The notes under the pieces are model-generated. The model made no database searches. It saw only the letters and a list, made by a program, of their open reading frames with translations, and was not told where the DNA came from. The translations under genes and the position numbers were made by a program. Below, piece by piece: positions 39,084-48,263 of a stretch of 64,000 nucleotides of DNA. Source of the DNA: a virus; IMG/VR virus record IMGVR_UViG_3300025941_000018, positions 1 to 64,000 of that record; one strand, 5' to 3'. Numbering within the stretch: the stretch's first letter is position 1; every line of letters begins with the position of its first letter.

Positions 39084-40583
39084 TCAAGCGGCAACAGTTA
39101 TCTCGGCGCGCGCATAAAGCCCGTGCCAGGTCACGCTGATCGTCGCCGTCCCAACTCCAATCGCGGTTACCAACCCCCCATGCGCGGTCACGGTCACAAT
39201 GTCCGAATCGCTGCTGCAATATTCCAAACCGTTGGCTGGCTGAAAGTTATTCTGCCCCTGCTTTACGGTGGTGGTCATCTGCAATGAGTCGTCCACGGCA
39301 AGAACGCGGCCATTGGGCGTCAACACCAGGGCGAGTGCGGGTCCCGCAGCATCGCAGGGATCGCAGACCTCTGGCGCAGTGGCGAACACTGGCAAGTCAT
39401 CGCCGCCCAACGTCGGTAGCGCCAATCGGTCAGGCTCGCCAGCGTTTGGAAATTCAATCGGCGTCGGGCATGGGACGATTTCGGTTGGCGGGCAGTCGGG
39501 GTTGGTATCAGCTCCGGTCACGGTTTGCGGAAAGCCTCCAACTTGGTAGCCGTGTGAATCGTCCCCAACGGTATAGCCCTCACGGTCTGAGGCATGCAGC
39601 AAGCCTGTGGCTGGATAGTTTCCAGAGTAGTACGCGTGAATCAAATGGTCGCCAACCGACAATGTAGAAATGTCGAACTCAGCCCAAGCATAAGGCATCG
39701 TTCCAGTCGGAGCATTTAGAGTCACGGTTCCAAGCACGGTCGCGCCTTCGCGAAACTCGACGGTGCCAGTCGCATCCACCACTGGACCACCAACAAGGTG
39801 TCTCGCCCAAACCAAAATTCTGACCTGCTGGCCAAACACTGACGGATTGTAAATTCCCCAACTCTCAATGTCCGTTCCCGGATATATCGGCCCGAGCGTA
39901 ATCGGCGTGGCGATGAGCTCCACAAAACTATTCGTGATGATAGGAAAGTCCAGAGTCGCGGTGGACGGTCCAAAATTAGAGTCCCCAGCGTAATCCGCTT
40001 GGACGGTATGCGTTCCAACTTCGAGTATTGCGAAATATGATTCTGCCGAGTCCCAAGTGAAAGTCGCCTGTCCGGAGGAAAGTGTGCCGGTGAAATAAAA
40101 AACTCCGTCAATCGAAAAGTCCACCGTTCCTGAAGGTGTGCCGCCGCCTGTTAGCGGAGAAACTGTAGCCGTGAACGTAATTGATCCGTGCGCCGTTGGA
40201 GGAACATCCCAAACGTAATATGCCGCATCGGGGGCAAGATTAAGGTTTGTGCCCGGCTTATCAACGACCTGCGCGACGGTGTTCGACGTGCTTGGATCGT
40301 AAACCGTGCTGCCGCCATCACCTGTGTCGTCGTAGCCCTGATATTCCGCTGTGATGTTGTGAGTCCCTGCGGTAAGGGATGAGGTATTGAAGGTGGCAAC
40401 ACCAGAACCATTTACCACGCGGGTTCCTAATGTTGTGACGCCATCCTTAAAGGTGACAACCGATGAGAATGTGCCGCCATCTATCGGCACGCCGCCGACA
40501 GTGACGGTTGCGGTGAAGCTTACGAGTTGTCCAAACGTCGAAGGGTTTACCGAACTAAGAAGGGTCGTGACGCTTGCGCTCAT
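39084..40583 (-). CDS. Ig-like domain virion protein (three group-3 Ig repeats plus C-terminal group-2 Ig)
   Basis: NPSTFGQLVSFTATV...FKDG...GTHNITAEY repeats; SSDSDIVTV...GLVTAIGVGTATISVT. Confidence 0.85.
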   Translation of the reverse strand: MSASVTTLLSSVNPSTFGQLVSFTATVTVGGVPIDGGTFSSVVTFKDGVTTLGTRVVNGSGVATFNTSSLTAGTHNITAEYQGYDDTGDGGSTVYDPSTSNTVAQVVDKPGTNLNLAPDAAYYVWDVPPTAHGSITFTATVSPLTGGGTPSGTVDFSIDGVFYFTGTLSSGQATFTWDSAESYFAILEVGTHTVQADYAGDSNFGPSTATLDFPIITNSFVELIATPITLGPIYPGTDIESWGIYNPSVFGQQVRILVWARHLVGGPVVDATGTVEFREGATVLGTVTLNAPTGTMPYAWAEFDISTLSVGDHLIHAYYSGNYPATGLLHASDREGYTVGDDSHGYQVGGFPQTVTGADTNPDCPPTEIVPCPTPIEFPNAGEPDRLALPTLGGDDLPVFATAPEVCDPCDAAGPALALVLTPNGRVLAVDDSLQMTTTVKQGQNNFQPANGLEYCSSDSDIVTVTAHGGLVTAIGVGTATISVTWHGLYARAEITVAA

Positions 40584-40586
40584 TCA

Positions 40587-42356
40587 TCAGTGCCAGCCAT
40601 TCGAAGACGAAATTCCGTCGTTTTTCTGCCAAATAACCCCATTCGTCGTGTCGATTGTGATAGCAGGCGAAACGCTGTAAACATGCCCATTCGGGTCCCC
40701 AGCCCAGCTATGCACCTGACGAATCGTCGGGTCGCTGCTGTAAAGCGGCAGCACGGCAGCCGCAGGGCCAACCACAGTGTCGGTCGTCGTGGTTTCCGAG
40801 CAATCAGCTTTGTTGATCTGGATGCTGTCCACGATCTCGCCAGCCAGATTGACCAGCTCGTACCGCAGTGAACAGGTCGTCGCGATGATGCGGCCAGCAC
40901 CGAATCCGTCGGCGTTTCGAAACTCGCTGTGGCTGTCAGCACCGCCGCTCACCGGTAGAATGGTTCGGCCTCCGAGGCCGTTCAAAATGTAGGGGATGGC
41001 ATCGACCGTCAGGCGCTCATACTGCCCAAGGTCGCCGCTGAGCACCATTGACGCGCCCCAGGTTGCGAATGGCCATTGCAGACCGACAACGCCGCCTTGA
41101 GAAGCGAACGGGCTGCGATTCAGCACGACTATTTTCCACGCCGCGGCAGACAATGCGAGCTTTGCCTGTAGCCAGTTGCCTTGAACCGAGGACGACGTGT
41201 TGCCGTCGGGCTCCAAATCATCATCACTCAGGAAGAAGAAATGCACCTTGCCAATTACCACGTCGTAGTAGCGCTCGTTCCCGGGCAGGGTGAAGAAGTC
41301 CTGGTAAGGCACCAGAGCCGCATCAGCCCAATCCACGGACCCAGGAGACGGCCAAAAGTAGTTGGTGTCTGAGCCAGAGCCGAAGGCCCCAGCGTATCCT
41401 TTCAGGAAGTCGTGATAGAACTGGCCGACATCGAGATCGTAGTCGCCACTGCCGCTGTTATTGCCGCTGGTGATGATGGCTGAAGGCGGAAACCCACGTA
41501 ACAAGGCTGCCACTTGCTGGGCATTGGTATCACCGCTGCCATAATTGCCGATATGAGCAATTGTGAGCATGGTGGCCGGCACGTCGTCAGCAATCTCGCT
41601 GAACCATCGGTTGCGCTCAATGCCGCTCTCGTGAGTCGGCCGTAGTTTGGTTTCCTCGTTGCACTGCCACATGAGGTCCGCGAGTGCCTGGTCAAAGCCA
41701 CCAGTCCCCGGAGGGTCGCCCATCTTGTAGCGCCTGGCATCCGCAGCGTCTCCGTAATCGCGCTCGTGCCCATGCTGATAATACATCTTCAACGCCTTCT
41801 TGTAGTCCTGGGCGTCGTTTACTGGGTCGTCGTCAGTCCACTCGGCCTTGATGCCTTCCCACTCGATGACCACGACCTCGTTGCTCTGAATCCAGGGCGC
41901 GATGTAAATGTTGCCGTCGTGAACGCACCACACACCGGCCCGCGCGCGACCGCATAGACTGTCGTTGGTGGCGTCCGCGTAGGCGAAACCGAATGGCAAG
42001 CGTTGGGGCAGTCCGGATGCCGCTGGGCTGACGAAAAGGTTGCGTGCCCAATCCTCGGGGACGGGCCAAAGAGTTTGGCGCAGGAACACAGGATCACACC
42101 ACTGCTTGTTCGCCAGCGTGTAAACCCTCTTGATAATCCCACGCGGCGCCCGCACAACCGTCATCCCGCACTTGTAGTTCGTCTTACAGAACTCGACCAC
42201 GTTGACGTTGCGGTCCTGCTCGCACTTGACCCACTTGGCGATCTCCGCGGCGCCCTCTTGAAAAATCTGGTTGTGGGCATCGACAAGATTCTCCGCTTGG
42301 CCTGATGGGAAGCACTGAGCAATGATCTCGGCGCGAAGTTCGGAGTAGGTTTTCAC
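40587..42356 (-). CDS. head-tail adaptor-like protein fused to an inactive calcineurin-like phosphoesterase domain
   Basis: N-terminal MKTYSELRAEI adaptor-type start; degenerate phosphoesterase motifs; C-terminal GDPNG...IWQK...GW module. Confidence 0.7.
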   Translation of the reverse strand: MKTYSELRAEIIAQCFPSGQAENLVDAHNQIFQEGAAEIAKWVKCEQDRNVNVVEFCKTNYKCGMTVVRAPRGIIKRVYTLANKQWCDPVFLRQTLWPVPEDWARNLFVSPAASGLPQRLPFGFAYADATNDSLCGRARAGVWCVHDGNIYIAPWIQSNEVVVIEWEGIKAEWTDDDPVNDAQDYKKALKMYYQHGHERDYGDAADARRYKMGDPPGTGGFDQALADLMWQCNEETKLRPTHESGIERNRWFSEIADDVPATMLTIAHIGNYGSGDTNAQQVAALLRGFPPSAIITSGNNSGSGDYDLDVGQFYHDFLKGYAGAFGSGSDTNYFWPSPGSVDWADAALVPYQDFFTLPGNERYYDVVIGKVHFFFLSDDDLEPDGNTSSSVQGNWLQAKLALSAAAWKIVVLNRSPFASQGGVVGLQWPFATWGASMVLSGDLGQYERLTVDAIPYILNGLGGRTILPVSGGADSHSEFRNADGFGAGRIIATTCSLRYELVNLAGEIVDSIQINKADCSETTTTDTVVGPAAAVLPLYSSDPTIRQVHSWAGDPNGHVYSVSPAITIDTTNGVIWQKNDGISSSNGWH

Positions 42357-42556
42357 TTCGGAAATGCAGCGATGCGCTCGCCGAGGATGTCTGAGTAAGT
42401 GCCCATTGCCTCAAGTTGCCGCTCAAGCCGATCCCGCTCAGAAGCGTCGAGCGAGTGGTAAACCGCTCCGCCGGTAAAACTCCGAAGCTTCTGGCATCTG
42501 TCGTCCAGTTGCTCCTTCTCGGCTATAACTCGTTCCTGGTATGCAAACATAATCAT
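42353..42556 (-). CDS. conserved small phage protein
   Basis: YQERVIAEKEQL...QLEAMGTYSDILGERIAAF family motif. Confidence 0.75.
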   Translation of the reverse strand: MIMFAYQERVIAEKEQLDDRCQKLRSFTGGAVYHSLDASERDRLERQLEAMGTYSDILGERIAAFPK

Positions 42557-43059
42557 TCTCCTGCCGGTGGAACCGCCAACCCATCCTTCGTGAAACTTGC
42601 CAGCTTCGACTTACGCTTGCCGACCGTCGGTTTGAACTCGGCTTTCTCACCAGTGGCAGGCGGCGGGTCGTTCACCCGAACCTGTTGCGAGACTGGCGCG
42701 GGCGTATCAGGACCACTAACCCCCACCACAGCAGCGACTCTTTCGCTTCCCAGCGCCTGGACTGGCGACAGTGACTTTAACGCTCCCTTGCCCATCTCCT
42801 CTCTCCAAAGCGGCTTTGATGCTCCCGACGGATTCTCTTTTTTTTTGTCAATCCATTCGGTCTTGAACTCTTCGGCGCTGACTTCAGTCACACCTGAGCG
42901 GCCCTCTCTAATGCACGCCTCTAGTTCAGCTTGAACTTGCGGATTATCGTGCGCAAACCAGCCGACCAGATTGTCCAGCGTCGGAAACTTGATTCTTCCA
43001 ACCGTCGGGCAAAGGACATCATTCGAGGGACCCAGCTTTTTGAAATAGCGCATTGCCAT
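42553..43059 (-). CDS. hypothetical protein (capsid-associated region)
   Basis: Long ORF in the late operon with upstream TTGACG box; several possible starts near 43053-43065. Confidence 0.6.
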   Translation of the reverse strand: MAMRYFKKLGPSNDVLCPTVGRIKFPTLDNLVGWFAHDNPQVQAELEACIREGRSGVTEVSAEEFKTEWIDKKKENPSGASKPLWREEMGKGALKSLSPVQALGSERVAAVVGVSGPDTPAPVSQQVRVNDPPPATGEKAEFKPTVGKRKSKLASFTKDGLAVPPAGE

Positions 43060-43096
43060 GGGCAACCTTTAGACCTTCCTCTATCCACCGTCAAAT

Positions 43097-43131
43097 GAAA
43101 AACCGGCGCCCCTTTATGCGAGAGGCGCCGG
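43097..43131 (-). terminator. intrinsic terminator
   Basis: ccggcgcc-N-ggcgccgg followed by TTTTT on the - strand. Confidence 0.75.
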
Positions 43132-43167
43132 AACCGACCTCAGTTCACCCCAACCATTCAGTTTTGG

Positions 43168-43980
43168 TTACGCGATCTGGGGAGGGTTGGCAAGGGGGAT
43201 TGTGGCGCCTTTTGACAGATTATCAAATTCCCAAAGGGGCTGGATATTAGAGAAATGAAAGCAAATTTTCTGCTGCTCTGGGTCCGTCAGATCAAAAGAA
43301 CTACATGGTCGCTTATGATCCAGATGGATTTTCCCGCTCATTATTCCCTCCATGCTCATGCCCTCGGTAAATTGCGATTCAAGGTGGGCGATGAGTTCTG
43401 GAATGGTACAGCCAATCAGTTCCATGGTTTTCTTTGCTTTCTTGGCCCGACCTCGGAGCGCGTGCCAGAGACGCGAACGAAGTCGGTTGCCGATATTGTA
43501 CTGCGGATCGGTTTGCCTTTTGTGGCGTTGCCAGAGCTTGATGTATTCACGGTCGCGATCAGCGGTGATGTGCTTCCGTGCTTTTATCCGATCGTACTGC
43601 TTCTGTTTGTTGCGCATGAAATAGTCCATGCCTCGCTTTTTGCACTCGGCGTTGTAGAAAAGGTCTCCGTAGTACTTGTCGTTGCGCTGCTTTATTCTCC
43701 TCTCCCTAATTTTCGGCTGCATGTTTTCAGCCCTCATCTTGGCGAGCACGTCTGGGTCGCTCATCCTGCGGTGGATGTACTGAATGTTCCAAAATTTCTC
43801 CCGATTGAGCAGGAGTATCCAGACGTATAACCGGGAGTTTTTATTACATAGAATTGCGGGCCAAAGCGGCGACACGTCTATAAAATCCACGGCGTCTGCG
43901 CGTTTGTTTTTCCTCCATGCTCGAACGATGGGCGACCAATCAACGGGTTCCGAATTTGGCTTTCTTAATGGGTGCGACAT
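43168..43980 (-). CDS. HNH-type homing endonuclease
   Basis: IGCTIPEL..HLESQFTEGM...IHLDHKRPCSSFDL...FHFSNIQPLW..DNLSKG; ATG at 43980. Confidence 0.85.
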   Translation of the reverse strand: MSHPLRKPNSEPVDWSPIVRAWRKNKRADAVDFIDVSPLWPAILCNKNSRLYVWILLLNREKFWNIQYIHRRMSDPDVLAKMRAENMQPKIRERRIKQRNDKYYGDLFYNAECKKRGMDYFMRNKQKQYDRIKARKHITADRDREYIKLWQRHKRQTDPQYNIGNRLRSRLWHALRGRAKKAKKTMELIGCTIPELIAHLESQFTEGMSMEGIMSGKIHLDHKRPCSSFDLTDPEQQKICFHFSNIQPLWEFDNLSKGATIPLANPPQIA

Positions 43981-44126
43981 AAGTTTTTGAAGCGCCCCGT
44001 GATGCGTGTCGCACCTTGCAGCAGGGAGCCGCAAGCACGTAACACGGAGCGAAGTTGTTCGGTGACGAATTCATTCGGGTGCGAACCGAGGGAAAAATAA
44101 TGGCCGCCATCTCGAACAAACGCAAC

Positions 44127-44155
44127 AAAAAACCCTCGCCAATTACGGCGAGGGT
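44127..44155 (-). terminator. intrinsic terminator after the capsid gene
   Basis: accctcgcc-gtaatt-ggcgagggt followed by a T-run. Confidence 0.8.
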
Positions 44156-44175
44156 GTGAATAGTTTGGTTTGAAC

Positions 44176-46128
44176 TTAGACCAAAGAACTCAGCGCAGTG
44201 AATGCAACCGAGAGTCCGATTAGTAGCCAGCCTAATCCGGCGTAAAGGTTACTATAAGATGGGTTCAAACTGCGCCCTGAAGTTGAAGGCACCACGTCTG
44301 CGATCCCCAGAATCGCCAGCGAATTTGCGGGGCATTCCACAATGGCCGTTTTTGTGACGCTAGTAAGCGTGATCTCCTGCGTCACATTCTCCATCGTGCA
44401 AGCAAATGTCGGGTCGAGCCTTGCGAGGTTTTCGAGTTCGCCGAGCGTGCGATTCTTCCGGTTGCTGTCGATCATGCCGGGATAGATCGTGCCGCCTTTA
44501 GGTCCAGGCTGGCCGATGTCGAGCACCAGCATCATACGACCTTGCGAACTGATATTCTCCGTCGAGAACGCGTTGAACCAGTCGTCGAAGTATTCGTGCG
44601 TGATGATGTTGATCGTCACACCCTGCGGGAACTTCGGCTGGAAGCTGGTCCAGTGGAAGCCGAGTTCGTTCTTGCCGGTCTCGATGTTGAGCCGAACGAT
44701 GTCGCCGTATTCGAGCTTCATGTAGTTCACAAAAGCGGTTTCGAACAGCGCGGCCATGCGCGAGTCCGTGTAAACGTCGATGGAGTCCGAGTTGCGGCCC
44801 TGGCTCTTGCGAGCACGCATGATGTTGTAAATCTCGTCGAAGAACTCGTAGAGATTGAGCGCGTTGTTTTGCAGGTCGCGAACACGGTCGCAGGCTCGTA
44901 ACTGCTCGATGACGCCGATTTGATACGCCTCGTAGGCGACCAGCTTGCCGCCGGTGCCGGGGTCGATCTGCGAGCCGGTAACGGTCAGGATCTGGCGCAG
45001 GGATTGCCAGAGCGCCATCGTCTGGTTCGAGGACACAGCCTTACCCCAGAAGAACGCATTGACCTGCTCATTCTGGAACTGCATTTCATCCTGGCGATTG
45101 CGTTCGGCCATCGGGAGGTCCCCGAGTTGACGCCAGGCTTCGTTGGACTCCATCAGGCGGGCGAACACTTTCTTATATTCCGAATCCACGCAGCGGGAGC
45201 GGCGGACGGTTTCGATCCAGAACGGAATGCGTTTGCGAGGGTCGAGCGTTGGCCGGTTATGGCACCAGCTTTCGAAGTCGTTCGCAAATGCGCCGGTCTT
45301 GATCAGCACGCCCGAAGTAGGCGCGGTGTCGAAGGGAGTCGCGCTGCCAGAGTTTTGGCTGGTGATCAGCACGTCAACGTAGGACGAGTCAGCGGCGGCC
45401 GCCGATGCCAATACTTTCCACTGGCCTTGAGTGCCGACACCACTGCCGGCGCGGCCAAAGATTTGCACGCGATCGCGGTCAACGAACCAGTTGGCATCGA
45501 GGTCAACTCCGTAGCGGCTGACAACTCGGACGACGCGGTCGCCAGCGGCGCCCAATGCCTTCTGTGCGGTCGTTAGCGGCCCGGTAACCAAGGCGGTGTA
45601 CGCGGAATTCGCCTGACCTTGAGTGATGGCCCAGAAATCGACGTTGATGACGCTGTCCTGCCGAGCGAGCACGAATGGCTGCAACAGCGAAGGCCCGCGG
45701 TCGAGCTTGGTCGTGTTGATGAGCGACTTCATGTTGCGCGCACTGGACATGATCCAGTCATACACGCCATTGGTCTTCACGCCGCACGCCTGCATTTCAA
45801 ACGCGGTTCTCCACCAGGCATCCATATCGGCGTATAAGCCACCGGGACGGAATAGGGTGTCGAGGTCAGCGGGCGTCAGGTGGGCGACCGTAGCGCGAGT
45901 CACGGTGCCGCAGGTATCGTAGTTGTTTCCAACCACGACTTGGCACGGGGTACTCTTGAAGCGCGTGGCGAGTGCGGTAACAGCCATCGTGACGCCTTTG
46001 ACGGGCGTCAGCAGCTTGGCGAGGAATAAGCCGGCAACTCCCCAAGCGGGATTGTCGAGCGTGAAAGCGGCTGCGGCGAGAACCAGCAGCGCGCTGAGGA
46101 TAAGTAGCGGTCGTAATGTTCGTTTCAT
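44176..46128 (-). CDS. probable major capsid protein (650 aa)
   Basis: Follows portal and scaffold and precedes a strong terminator; VNAFFWG motif typical of HK97-fold proteins; mainly a positional call. Confidence 0.7.
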   Translation of the reverse strand: MKRTLRPLLILSALLVLAAAAFTLDNPAWGVAGLFLAKLLTPVKGVTMAVTALATRFKSTPCQVVVGNNYDTCGTVTRATVAHLTPADLDTLFRPGGLYADMDAWWRTAFEMQACGVKTNGVYDWIMSSARNMKSLINTTKLDRGPSLLQPFVLARQDSVINVDFWAITQGQANSAYTALVTGPLTTAQKALGAAGDRVVRVVSRYGVDLDANWFVDRDRVQIFGRAGSGVGTQGQWKVLASAAAADSSYVDVLITSQNSGSATPFDTAPTSGVLIKTGAFANDFESWCHNRPTLDPRKRIPFWIETVRRSRCVDSEYKKVFARLMESNEAWRQLGDLPMAERNRQDEMQFQNEQVNAFFWGKAVSSNQTMALWQSLRQILTVTGSQIDPGTGGKLVAYEAYQIGVIEQLRACDRVRDLQNNALNLYEFFDEIYNIMRARKSQGRNSDSIDVYTDSRMAALFETAFVNYMKLEYGDIVRLNIETGKNELGFHWTSFQPKFPQGVTINIITHEYFDDWFNAFSTENISSQGRMMLVLDIGQPGPKGGTIYPGMIDSNRKNRTLGELENLARLDPTFACTMENVTQEITLTSVTKTAIVECPANSLAILGIADVVPSTSGRSLNPSYSNLYAGLGWLLIGLSVAFTALSSLV

Positions 46129-46177
46129 CTTGTTGCGTTTTGCCGGCGCGACATGCGCTCGACTTACGCAACAAGAA

Positions 46178-47668
46178 TCACTTAAACATCACGTCAATGA
46201 TCTGCTGCTGCGTGGTTTTCGCCGGGGTAGGACCATTATTTGCCGTAGTCACGATGTCGGACGCTGAGGCAACTGAGGGCGAACGCGGTTTTCCCGCTGG
46301 CGTTGGGGCAATTGGCGCGGCTGGACGCGCAACTTGCGTGCCCGGTCGGACGCCATTTGTGGGTGGGGCCTCGGGTTTATACTTCCTTTTAGCCAGCGCA
46401 TCGGTTTGTTGGATGAGATTTCGTGCCTTTTTCCCGTAATCGTCGGTAATAAGGTCCACCACATTGTCGATTGTCAGCGTCCAGTGGCGGGCATCGTATT
46501 CCTGAAGCTTGCGTTGCTGCTCCTGGCCGGTCGAGGTATCGCGGATCTGTTTGAAGTCTTTGGCCTTCTGCTCAAGGCTCACCCATTGCCGCCCATTGAC
46601 GTTCTGCACTTCTGCCGGGGCCTGCCGCAACTGATTCTCAGCCTCCCACCGATAGCCGTCGATGATTGCGTGGATCTGATTCTTGTCCGGTTGAAGCTTG
46701 AACGGGTAATTGCCATTGGCATCGCGCACTGTGGATTTTTCCAACTCGCGAAGGATAGGGTCAATCTCGGCCGCAGTCGCGTCGAGGACGGTTGCGGCGA
46801 TAGCGTCGGCCTCGTGAACCTTCTCGACTGCTTCGGTGCTCAGGTTGGGATTCTTGCCGTCTGCCGCGGTGACCAGCGCTACCAGTTCGGGCGCGGCCAC
46901 AGCCACAAGCTTGAGAATTCCCCTGGCAACGTTCATTTCGATGCTCGGGCGCGCCGATTCTAAGGCTTTTTCGGCATCCATCATGTCAATGCGGGGCTTC
47001 ACCTTCTCGGCAAACCGCTGCTCGACGCGCTGCTCGACCTTCATGTCAATCAGCCCGTTTTCGATGGTCTCCTTGTCCACCGGGATCGGATTCGAAGCAA
47101 ACCAGTCCGCGTGCTCGTCAGCTGATGGGTCCCATGTCTTGTCGGGATTTTCCTTCTCCCATTTGTCCTGGTAATCGTAAACAGACTTCACGTAATCGAG
47201 GAAAGCTTTAGCCTTGCCGCTGAACTTCGCGGGGTCCTGCTTCTCCAAAAATTGCAGCACTGCGTATTCCTGGGCATCGGAAGCGCTCATTTCGAACGTC
47301 ACCATGGTTGGCTCTGGCGTGGCAGGGGCGGCGGCAGGTTCCGGTCTCCGCATGGCCTCCGCAGTCTCGCGCGCCGTGCGCGTAATCAGGTCCTGGGCGT
47401 CGAACGGGCGTGCCTGCGGCTCAGGCTCTGGTTCTGGCTCAGGTTCGGCTTGCGGCTGCGGCTCAGGGGCGGCAGCGGGCTCTACGGGCGCAATGGCGGC
47501 GGGTTCCGGCTGCGGCTCAGGCTCTGGCGCGGGGTCGCCGAATAACGAATCAACGGCCACTTTGGCCGCTGCCTTTAGTTCCTCGGCATTAGGCACGTCT
47601 TTTGGGTCGGGTTCGGCAGGGGGAGCAGGCTTCACAATCGGCGCTGCTTTAACGAAGTTTATCGGCAT
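46178..47668 (-). CDS. probable scaffolding protein
   Basis: Pro/Glu-rich N-terminus, helical body, directly upstream of the capsid gene. Confidence 0.6.
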   Translation of the reverse strand: MPINFVKAAPIVKPAPPAEPDPKDVPNAEELKAAAKVAVDSLFGDPAPEPEPQPEPAAIAPVEPAAAPEPQPQAEPEPEPEPEPQARPFDAQDLITRTARETAEAMRRPEPAAAPATPEPTMVTFEMSASDAQEYAVLQFLEKQDPAKFSGKAKAFLDYVKSVYDYQDKWEKENPDKTWDPSADEHADWFASNPIPVDKETIENGLIDMKVEQRVEQRFAEKVKPRIDMMDAEKALESARPSIEMNVARGILKLVAVAAPELVALVTAADGKNPNLSTEAVEKVHEADAIAATVLDATAAEIDPILRELEKSTVRDANGNYPFKLQPDKNQIHAIIDGYRWEAENQLRQAPAEVQNVNGRQWVSLEQKAKDFKQIRDTSTGQEQQRKLQEYDARHWTLTIDNVVDLITDDYGKKARNLIQQTDALAKRKYKPEAPPTNGVRPGTQVARPAAPIAPTPAGKPRSPSVASASDIVTTANNGPTPAKTTQQQIIDVMFK

Positions 47669-47685
47669 AAAAGTTCGGCGTTCAA

Positions 47686-48015
47686 TCAATCGGTCTTGGC
47701 TACTTCTAGCACTGGCATGGGCTGCAAGTCAACCCCTTGGAAAGAAAACGGGCCTTCGTCTGGCTGACGGTTGCCCTGTGTCGTCTGGATGAACTTGATC
47801 ATGAACTGAATCTGGCGGGCAAGTTCGCCAGCGGCTTCGGCGTCCTCTTTGTCCCCCTGCTCGTTCTTCACCAGAAGGTTTCCAGCGTCGGCGGTGAGTT
47901 GCGCTGACTGCTCGGAAAGGTATCGGAGGAAGAGGGCACAGGCTGGCAATCGTAGCCAATCCTGAAGCTGTTTAGCGCGGTCGTCCGGGTAGGCTGTGGT
48001 CTCGACTTGGATCAT
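47686..48015 (-). CDS. hypothetical helical protein
   Basis: Between portal and scaffold. Confidence 0.6.
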   Translation of the reverse strand: MIQVETTAYPDDRAKQLQDWLRLPACALFLRYLSEQSAQLTADAGNLLVKNEQGDKEDAEAAGELARQIQFMIKFIQTTQGNRQPDEGPFSFQGVDLQPMPVLEVAKTD

Positions 48016-48263
48016 GCGCTTGTTTTAGCAACTAAGTCAGCCAGCTTTTTCTCAGCCTCGACGGGGTCCATTCTAGCCCACGGTCGGTCTTCAATTACGG
48101 CAAGGGCCTCGCAGGGGCTAAGCCCGTGGCGTTCCTCTAATCGGCGCAGTGTTTGGCTGTGGTTAAGCTGGGCTTGACGCTCATGTCCTGCTATCAGCGA
48201 CCACGGAATAGAACGCAGGACTTGCTTGTCGTGACCTTTCTGGATTGGAAAGTCGCCGATCAT
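48012..48263 (-). CDS. conserved phage protein
   Basis: IPWSLI..HERQAQLNHSQTL.RL.ER.GLSPCE. Confidence 0.7.
   Translation of the reverse strand: MIGDFPIQKGHDKQVLRSIPWSLIAGHERQAQLNHSQTLRRLEERHGLSPCEALAVIEDRPWARMDPVEAEKKLADLVAKTSA

Noticed and set aside
40587-42356. Active phosphatase auxiliary metabolic gene
   Set aside because: All metal-binding motifs are substituted
47410-47530. Short tandem repeats (ggctcagg/ggctctgg)
   Set aside because: They simply encode the PEPEPQ low-complexity linker of the scaffold protein
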